Shown piece after piece: positions 57,609 through 64,000 of a stretch of 64,000 bases of DNA. The notes beneath the pieces were generated by a model. That model had not been told where the DNA came from, did no database searches, and saw nothing but the letters and a program-made list of their open reading frames with translations. The stretch is from an uncultured Christensenella sp. (GTDB lineage: Bacteria > Bacillota > Clostridia > Christensenellales > UBA1242): the NCBI GenBank assembly GCA_910584295.1, contig CAJTYR010000001.1, positions 69,374 through 133,373 of the forward strand, written 5' to 3'. The position numbers and the translations under genes are program-made. Each line of letters opens with the position of its first letter. The first letter of the stretch is position 1.

Positions 57609-57646
57609 AAAAAACACCACTTTAACAAATAGAAGTGGTGTTTTTA
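57609..57646. terminator. bidirectional terminator (microprotein gene / pepF)
   Basis: AAAAACACCACTT-loop-AAGTGGTGTTTTT. Confidence 0.8.
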
Positions 57647-57759
57647 TTTTGCATAGTTATTCAAGCATAATCTTCAATTATAACAAATTCCTTGCATACC
57701 ACCTGACATAATACTTACATATTATTCAGTTTTATGAATATTTATGCATACGCAAAATA

Positions 57760-59535
57760 TTAAAGTAATGCTTTCCATTTTTCTGTGAAATCTCTGCAGA
57801 CATCAAACGCTTCATCAAAAGTTTCTTCCTTTGTAAGATCACAATCAGCGATTTTCAAAAGTGAAATTGGATCTTTGCTGCACCCTGATGACAAAAATTT
57901 GAGATATTTCTTTTCATAACCAGAGAGTTTCAAAAGACAATTTGCAATCTTGATTGCACAAATAAGACCTGTGGCATATTTGTAAACATAGAAACTTCTA
58001 TAGAAGTGAGGAATTCTCGCCCATTCATATTTCATCTCTTCAAGTTGTTCCACCTTGTCACCAAAATAGAAATCATTCAAATCCTTATATTTCTCACATA
58101 AAAGTTCTGCAGACAAAGGATTTTCTTTTTCAAATTCTTCATGAGCAAATTGTTCAAATTCTGCAAACATTGTCTGTCTATAAATTGAAGACTTAACTTG
58201 ATTTAAAAAATGATCATAATAATAAATTTTTTCTTTCTTGGATTTTGCGTGCTCAAGCAAATATGACAAAAGTAACATTTCATTGACATTGCTTGCAACT
58301 TCTGCAACAAAAATCACATAATCACAAGTTTGGATTGGTTGAGCTTTGTTGGATAAATAAGTGTGAATGGAGTGTCCTAATTCGTGTGCAAGGGTAAACA
58401 CGCTTTCAAGATTTCCAGTAAAATTCATTAAAATCACTGGAGTTGCACCATAAACTCCTGAAGAGAATGCCCCACTATCTTTGTTTTTGTTTGGGTAAAC
58501 ATCAATCCATCGCTCTTTTTTCGCCCTGTCAACAAGTTCAACATAATCCTTTCCCAAAACTGACACGGCCGCTTTAATAAGCTCAATTGCCTCATCATAG
58601 GAATACTTTTTGTTTAACCCACTCACTACTGGTGCGAAATTGTCATAGACTGCAAACTTATCAAGTCCAAGCATTTGTCGCTTAAGTTCAAAATACTCTT
58701 GCCCAAGTTCAACATTTTCTCTAACTTTTTTTATTAAAAGGTTATAAACCTCTTCACTTGCCTCTTCAACAAAAATTGAAGCAGATAAGGCACTTTTATA
58801 TTTTCTAATCTTCGCAAGCACACAATCTTCTTTGACATTATTGATATAATTTGAAGACAAAAAGTTGATATATTCACCAAACTTACTCATCATCCCAACA
58901 TAGGCATTTTTTCTCAAAGTTCTGTCTTTACTTTCACGATATTCTTGAAAATTTGCATGATAAAGTTCATGCTTTTTTCCTTTTTCATCAAGGATGTCAT
59001 CAAATCTCATGTCGACATCAACAAATTTATCATAATTATCGCTGTCACCACCCATACATTCTGAAAGCCTTGAAAGAAGCAACTCTTCTGCTTTGCTTAA
59101 TGTATGCTTTTTCTCTCTTATCACAGCTTCAAAAAATCTGAAATAATTTTTGAAAAGTTTGTTTTCTTGAAGTCCCTTAAGTTTCTCATCGCTGAATTTG
59201 CTTATCTCAACTTCAATGTATGCAGTTGCATTTGAAAGTTTTGATGAAACAAAAGAATATTTTTCTATCATTTCATTTGAATTTCTGTCTGCATTGTTTT
59301 CACAAAGACGTAAATGAGCGTATTCTGCAACAAGCATAAACTCTTTCATAAGAGACATTTCTTTTTCAAGACATTCAAACAAAACTTTGTCATCTGAAAG
59401 TTTCCCTTCGTATTTTTTGAAACAATCAATTTGAGTCTCAACTTTTTTCAAACGCTTATAATAATCCTCATCATCCTTACAAAATTTACTTAAGTCCCAT
59501 TTGTATTTTTCTTCAATTTCGTTTCTATTTTTCAT
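57760..59535 (-). CDS. pepF: oligoendopeptidase F (M3B)
   Basis: HELGHSIH zinc motif. Start set at MKNRNEIEEKYKWDLS (RBS AAGGGG), which is typical of PepF N-termini. Confidence 0.92.
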   Translation of the reverse strand: MKNRNEIEEKYKWDLSKFCKDDEDYYKRLKKVETQIDCFKKYEGKLSDDKVLFECLEKEMSLMKEFMLVAEYAHLRLCENNADRNSNEMIEKYSFVSSKLSNATAYIEVEISKFSDEKLKGLQENKLFKNYFRFFEAVIREKKHTLSKAEELLLSRLSECMGGDSDNYDKFVDVDMRFDDILDEKGKKHELYHANFQEYRESKDRTLRKNAYVGMMSKFGEYINFLSSNYINNVKEDCVLAKIRKYKSALSASIFVEEASEEVYNLLIKKVRENVELGQEYFELKRQMLGLDKFAVYDNFAPVVSGLNKKYSYDEAIELIKAAVSVLGKDYVELVDRAKKERWIDVYPNKNKDSGAFSSGVYGATPVILMNFTGNLESVFTLAHELGHSIHTYLSNKAQPIQTCDYVIFVAEVASNVNEMLLLSYLLEHAKSKKEKIYYYDHFLNQVKSSIYRQTMFAEFEQFAHEEFEKENPLSAELLCEKYKDLNDFYFGDKVEQLEEMKYEWARIPHFYRSFYVYKYATGLICAIKIANCLLKLSGYEKKYLKFLSSGCSKDPISLLKIADCDLTKEETFDEAFDVCRDFTEKWKALL

Positions 59536-59575
59536 GCTGACACCCCTTCTTATTTGCATTCCTATGCTCATATCA

Positions 59576-59712
59576 GTTTTCTTTTGCATGCTTTTCTTTT
59601 TCAAAAGCAAAAGTATGGATTTGGTTTTTATCCAATTATAACAACCTCATAAAAATTTGATTATTATTGGTTTTCTTTTGCATACTTTTCTTTTTCCAAA
59701 AAGAAAAGTATG
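59576..59712. repeat. two direct copies of a 42-43-nt hairpin-forming element, 94 nt start to start
   Basis: Copy A is 59576-59617, GTTTTCTTTTGCATGCTTTTCTTTTTCAAAAGCAAAAGTATG. Copy B is 59670-59712, GTTTTCTTTTGCATACTTTTCTTTTTCCAAAAAGAAAAGTATG. B forms a perfect 15-bp stem; A is degenerate. Confidence 0.8.
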
Positions 59713-60408
59713 TTATCTTGAAAAATATTTTTCCATTTTAAATCTGTTCCAAGGAGAAACACTTTCATCTGGACACGCCATAAAAACCAAGCGCTGTTTT
59801 GTTGTTGGGTGATCAAAAGCAAGTTTGCCAGCCCAAAGCCCAAGATTGCTTGTGCGACCTTTCTCTTTGCCATATTTAACATCACCAACAAGACTATGCC
59901 CAACATTTGCCATTTGCAACCTTATTTGATGACTTCTACCTGTCAAAATCTTAACTTCAACAAGACTTTCTTTTCCATTATCCTCAAGATAACTATAAAC
60001 CAACTCCGCCTTTTTTGCTCCACTTTCTGACATTGGCACAATTTTAACGATATTTTCTTTTTCATCTTTCTTGAGATAGTTTGTCAAATGATCATTCCTA
60101 ACTTTAATCACGCCATTGACAACTGCATAATATGTTTTTTCAACACTATGAGTTTGAAATTGTTCTGAAAGACGTTTCGCGGATTTAGAGTTTCGAGCAA
60201 AGACCATAATTCCACCAGTTGGACGATCCAGTCTGTGAACAAGTCCAATGAAAGCCTCGCCTTCTTTGTTATATTTTTCTTTAATATATTCTTTCACACG
60301 AGTAAGCATGTCAACATCTTTGCTTTCATCCGCCATTGTTGGCACATTGTGTGGTTTAAGCACAACAACAATTTGATTATCTTCATACAAAACATTCAGT
60401 TTTTCCAT
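59713..60408 (-). CDS. RluA family pseudouridine synthase
   Basis: HRLDRPTGGIMVFARN catalytic motif. Confidence 0.9.
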   Translation of the reverse strand: MEKLNVLYEDNQIVVVLKPHNVPTMADESKDVDMLTRVKEYIKEKYNKEGEAFIGLVHRLDRPTGGIMVFARNSKSAKRLSEQFQTHSVEKTYYAVVNGVIKVRNDHLTNYLKKDEKENIVKIVPMSESGAKKAELVYSYLEDNGKESLVEVKILTGRSHQIRLQMANVGHSLVGDVKYGKEKGRTSNLGLWAGKLAFDHPTTKQRLVFMACPDESVSPWNRFKMEKYFSR

Positions 60409-61238
60409 ATTTTAACCCCCGTTGCCCCACAAGGCAAAACAAGACCTTCTTCGCTTGGCAAGCCTATCTCATCTGCTTCAACATTTTCATTTCCAAAAAC
60501 ACTTTTCAAAATGTTTGCAATCACAGTTGGTTGAAGACCTGTTGTATAAGAATTTATGAGAACAAAAAGTGGTTTATCAGACAAAACATTTTTGCAAAGC
60601 CCCACAAAATCTGCCAAATTGTCCTCAAGTTTCCACATCTCCCCACTTGGTCCTCTTCCATAGCTTGGAGGATCCATGATGATTGCATCATAGAAGTTTC
60701 CTCTTCGGATTTCCCTCTCAATAAACTTCTGACAATCATCAACAATGAAACGGATGTTTGAAATTCCATTAAGGCGAGCATTTTCCTTGGCACGCTCCAC
60801 CATCCCTTTGCTTGCATCAACATGCGTGACATTTGCACCAGCGTGAGACAACGCAACGGAAGCTCCACCAGTGTAAGCAAAAAGGTTGAGAACTTTTATT
60901 TCTCTGCCACTTTTTTTAACCAAATCAGACATCAAGTCCCAATTGACAGCCTGCTCTGGAAAAATTCCAGTGTGTTTAAACCCCATAGGCTTAACAACAA
61001 ATTTGAGATCTTTCCAAGAAATGATCCACTGCTCTGGAATTTGCTTGTTGAAATGCCAAAGCCCACCGCCATCTTTTCGAGTGTAATAGGCATTAACATT
61101 CTTTTTCAAATCTCTCTTCTTGTGCCAAATCACCTGTGGGTCTGGGCGAAGAAGAGTTATTCCTGCCCAAGACTCAAGTTTTTCTCCATCACCTGTTGCA
61201 ATCACTTGATAATCTTTCCAACTGTCAGCAACTCTCAT
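60396..61238 (-). CDS. class I SAM-dependent RNA methyltransferase (RlmI/RlmK C-terminal-domain-like)
   Basis: LNLFAYTGGASVA motif I and IIMDPPSYGRG motif IV. Confidence 0.8.
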   Translation of the reverse strand: MRVADSWKDYQVIATGDGEKLESWAGITLLRPDPQVIWHKKRDLKKNVNAYYTRKDGGGLWHFNKQIPEQWIISWKDLKFVVKPMGFKHTGIFPEQAVNWDLMSDLVKKSGREIKVLNLFAYTGGASVALSHAGANVTHVDASKGMVERAKENARLNGISNIRFIVDDCQKFIEREIRRGNFYDAIIMDPPSYGRGPSGEMWKLEDNLADFVGLCKNVLSDKPLFVLINSYTTGLQPTVIANILKSVFGNENVEADEIGLPSEEGLVLPCGATGVKIWKN

Positions 61239-61253
61239 TCTTTTGTTACTCCT

Positions 61254-64000
61254 TTAAACTTTTGCCTTAAATTTGACAATAATCGTTCCATCACCAACTT
61301 CAACCGTACGTTCGATGTCTGGGCAATTCATATCTTCAAGTTCCACCATTCTCAAAATCAAGACCTCTTGCTTGATCTTGTCTTTAAATTCAAAGATCAT
61401 CTGAGCAAGTTCGTCATTTGAGACTTCAATATAAGCATAGATTCTTTGATCGATGGCAAAGTCAGCATCTTTTCTCAAAACTTGCAAACTTCTGACAAAT
61501 TCGCGATATAATCCTTCCATGATGAGGGCTTGGTTAAGATTTATATCAAGCACTACAGTGTTTCCATTTTCATGTGCAATTACAAAATCTTGTTTCGGTT
61601 TCTTTTCAAGATTGAATAATTCTTGATCAAGGTTTTTAAATTCTCCAACAGAAACCTTTCCAGCCTTATAGCCTTTCATAACCTGTGCATTTTCTTCATC
61701 AGAAAGTGCACTCAATGCATTTTTAAGTTTTTGCACATCCCCCTTAAGCACAGCACCAGCTTTCTTAAAGTTAACTGACAAATATTCATCGTTAAACAAG
61801 CTGTCATCTGTCACATGTTCAAGCTCTTTGATGTTAAGTTCGTCTTTGATGATATCTCCCATATTTTCCAAAACATCATCAATATTTCCACTGCCAGCAA
61901 CATACATCTTTGAGAGAGGTTGTTTAACTTTGATTTGATTTTCATTTCGAAGTCTTTGTGCAGTTGACATGATGTTTCTTGCAACCTCAACAGTTTCCAA
62001 AACACCATCAAAACAATATTCTTTATTTTCATCTGGAAAGCCAGCAAGCATAACAAATTCTGCTTCGTTCTTTTCAACTTCTCTGACAAGGTTTTGCCAG
62101 ATATACTCCGTCAAAAATGGTACAACAGGTGTCATTACTCGAATTATCGCCTTAATTGCTTGATAAAGAGTCCAATAAGCAGTCAATTGATCCTCTTTGT
62201 CTTCAGATTTCCAAAAACGCTTTCTATTACTCCTGATGTAGAAATTTGAAATGTCATCAACCAATTTTTCAAAATCATGAACAACAATAAAACATCTATC
62301 ATCTGCATAATTTTTGTCACTGTCACTCACAAATTTATTTATTGATTGCAAAAGCCATTTGTCAGCAAATTTTAATACATTTGATTTTGGCTTGAAGCCT
62401 GCAATGTCTGGATTATCGATACATGCATAAGTGTTAAAAAATGTGTAAATATTCCAGAAAGCCAAGATTTTTCTTCTTGCTTCATCAGTAAGAGAGAATC
62501 CAAATCTCATATCATTTGCAGGGCTTGAAGAGCTGTAGAGATATCTGATTACATCAGCTCCAACTTTGTCTGCAACGATGTCAGCTTCCAAAGAATTTCC
62601 CCCGCTCTTGTGGAACTCTCCACCATTTTCATCCAAAACATATTGATATGTGACAAGTTTTTGATATGGTGCTTTGCCTGTAAGCACAACACTCATAATC
62701 AAAAGAGAATAGAACCAGTTTTTGATTTGTTCAATCATTTCACACACATATTCATTTGGGAAATGCTTATTGAAAAATTCTCTGTCCTCAAAATATTTCT
62801 TTGTTGAAAATGGAGTGATTCCCGCATCAAGCCAAACATCACCAACTTCAGGAATCCTCTCAAGCTCTTGACCACACTCACACTTGATCTTGATTTCATC
62901 AATCCATGGTCTGTGAATGTTTGGCAATTTTTCAACAAGTTTTGGGTCAACTGCTCTTTCTTTCAATTCTTCAAGAGAACCAACAACATGAACTTTTCCA
63001 CACTTTTCACAAACATAAATTGGAAGAGGAAGCCCATAAAAACGGCTTCTTGAAATATTCCAATCACCCATATTATTAAGCCAATCAGACATTCTCTTCT
63101 TTGCATAAGCAGGTTTAAATTCAACATCTTCAATTGCCTTAAGAGCAAGTGGACGTATGTCATCCATTTTAATAAACCATGCAGAGATAAGTTTATAAAC
63201 CAAATCAGTTTTGCATCTCCAACAATATGGATAACTATGCTTATATTTGAAAGAATACAAAAGTTTGTTATCTTTTTTCAATCTTTCGACCACTTCTCCA
63301 GCAACTTCAGTTGTCTTCTTTCCTGAAAATTGTCCATTATTATCAAGCAAGACACCTTGTTCATTTATTGGACAAATCTCTGGAAGCCCCAATTTCTTAC
63401 CAAGTTCAAAGTCCTCAAGACCACACCCTGGAGCAATATGAACAACACAACTTCCTTCAGTTTTGTCAACCATGTCCCAAGCAACAATTTTGTGAGCGAA
63501 TTGTTGTTCTGAAAGTTCTGGGAAACATGTTTCATATTCAAGTCCTACAAGATCTTTACCCTTAAATTCTTCCAAAATTTTCAAGTCTTTTTTCAAAACT
63601 TTCAAACGGTCTTTTCCAAGAACAATGTTTTCGCCTTCAAAGTTTACCTTGACATAATCAAACTCTGGATTAACAGCCAAAGCAACATTTGCTGTAAGAG
63701 TCCAAGGAGTCGTTGTCCAAGCAACCAATTTGAAATCTTTTCCCTTCACTGGAAGCTTGATAAACACAGTTTCATGTTCAACTTCATGATAAGAACCAGA
63801 AGTTTCGTGGTCAGAAAGACTTGTCCCACATCTTGGACACCAAGCCATAGGACGATTTTTCTTTACAATCCAACCTTTTTCATGGCAAACTTTCAAAAAA
63901 TGCCAGATTGAAGTTATGTTCAGATCAGTATTTGTGAAATAACTGTTGTCCCAATCCATACATTGTCCCATACGAATGCTTTGGTTTGTGATTTCATTTG
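61254..64000 (-). CDS. ileS: isoleucine--tRNA ligase, type 2 (eukaryote-like), N-terminus outside the window
   Basis: The frame stays open to position 64000. CP1 editing domain, WISR-like WNISRSRFYG, GADVIRYLY. The KMSKS position reads EFHKS. Confidence 0.95.
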   Translation of the reverse strand, partial: NEITNQSIRMGQCMDWDNSYFTNTDLNITSIWHFLKVCHEKGWIVKKNRPMAWCPRCGTSLSDHETSGSYHEVEHETVFIKLPVKGKDFKLVAWTTTPWTLTANVALAVNPEFDYVKVNFEGENIVLGKDRLKVLKKDLKILEEFKGKDLVGLEYETCFPELSEQQFAHKIVAWDMVDKTEGSCVVHIAPGCGLEDFELGKKLGLPEICPINEQGVLLDNNGQFSGKKTTEVAGEVVERLKKDNKLLYSFKYKHSYPYCWRCKTDLVYKLISAWFIKMDDIRPLALKAIEDVEFKPAYAKKRMSDWLNNMGDWNISRSRFYGLPLPIYVCEKCGKVHVVGSLEELKERAVDPKLVEKLPNIHRPWIDEIKIKCECGQELERIPEVGDVWLDAGITPFSTKKYFEDREFFNKHFPNEYVCEMIEQIKNWFYSLLIMSVVLTGKAPYQKLVTYQYVLDENGGEFHKSGGNSLEADIVADKVGADVIRYLYSSSSPANDMRFGFSLTDEARRKILAFWNIYTFFNTYACIDNPDIAGFKPKSNVLKFADKWLLQSINKFVSDSDKNYADDRCFIVVHDFEKLVDDISNFYIRSNRKRFWKSEDKEDQLTAYWTLYQAIKAIIRVMTPVVPFLTEYIWQNLVREVEKNEAEFVMLAGFPDENKEYCFDGVLETVEVARNIMSTAQRLRNENQIKVKQPLSKMYVAGSGNIDDVLENMGDIIKDELNIKELEHVTDDSLFNDEYLSVNFKKAGAVLKGDVQKLKNALSALSDEENAQVMKGYKAGKVSVGEFKNLDQELFNLEKKPKQDFVIAHENGNTVVLDINLNQALIMEGLYREFVRSLQVLRKDADFAIDQRIYAYIEVSNDELAQMIFEFKDKIKQEVLILRMVELEDMNCPDIERTVEVGDGTIIVKFKAKV

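Noticed and set aside
57760-59535. Whether pepF next to the Cys/Pro-rich microprotein forms a peptide-processing pair.
   Set aside because: The genes are convergent and separated by a bidirectional terminator. PepF is a common cytoplasmic housekeeping oligopeptidase. There is no modification enzyme or exporter nearby, so a functional link is unsupported.

Overview
AT-rich (about one third G+C by eye) chromosomal segment from a low-GC Gram-positive-type genome (Bacillota/Mollicutes-like). It uses the standard code: TAA, TAG and TGA all end well-conserved genes. All homology calls were made by eye from remembered family motifs; nothing was searched. I count about 70 protein genes, roughly 80% on the minus strand, mostly translation and ribosome-biogenesis clusters in classic Firmicute order. 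These are gap; LMW-PTP-rpiB; rsfS; yhbY-obg; nth; lysS; ylxM-ffh-rpsP-KH-rimM-trmD-rbgA-yraN...rplS; hemW-lepA; efp; rpsB-tsf-[X]-frr-uppS-cdsA-rseP-[polC-like]-rimP-nusA-ylxR-ylxQ-infB-[kinase]-rbfA-nrnA-truB; rlmH; tadA; pepF; ileS. I saw no rRNA, tRNA, CRISPR array, transposase or integrase. Many canonical sigma-A promoters and hairpin plus T-run terminators are readable. The unusual content, in rough order of interest: (1) a self-contained gene (11960-13150) that aligns collinearly with termination factor Rho but has the P-loop deleted and the C-terminus missing. (2) A 703-aa orphan with its own strong promoter and terminator in the tsf-frr slot where pyrH normally lies. (3) A 511-aa PolC-derived protein (N-terminal region, OB fold, exonuclease, no PHP or polymerase) in the canonical polC slot. 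(4) A 61-aa Cys/Pro-rich microprotein with a hydrophobic tail. (5) A divergent Pol-beta/CD-NTase-like protein next to an edge-truncated unknown gene. (6) A 15-nt exact motif inside inverted repeats at three intergenic sites. (7) A Nudix gene interrupted by TAG at the conserved Trp. No multi-gene defence island or mobile element is evident. The candidate novel items are single genes embedded in core synteny.
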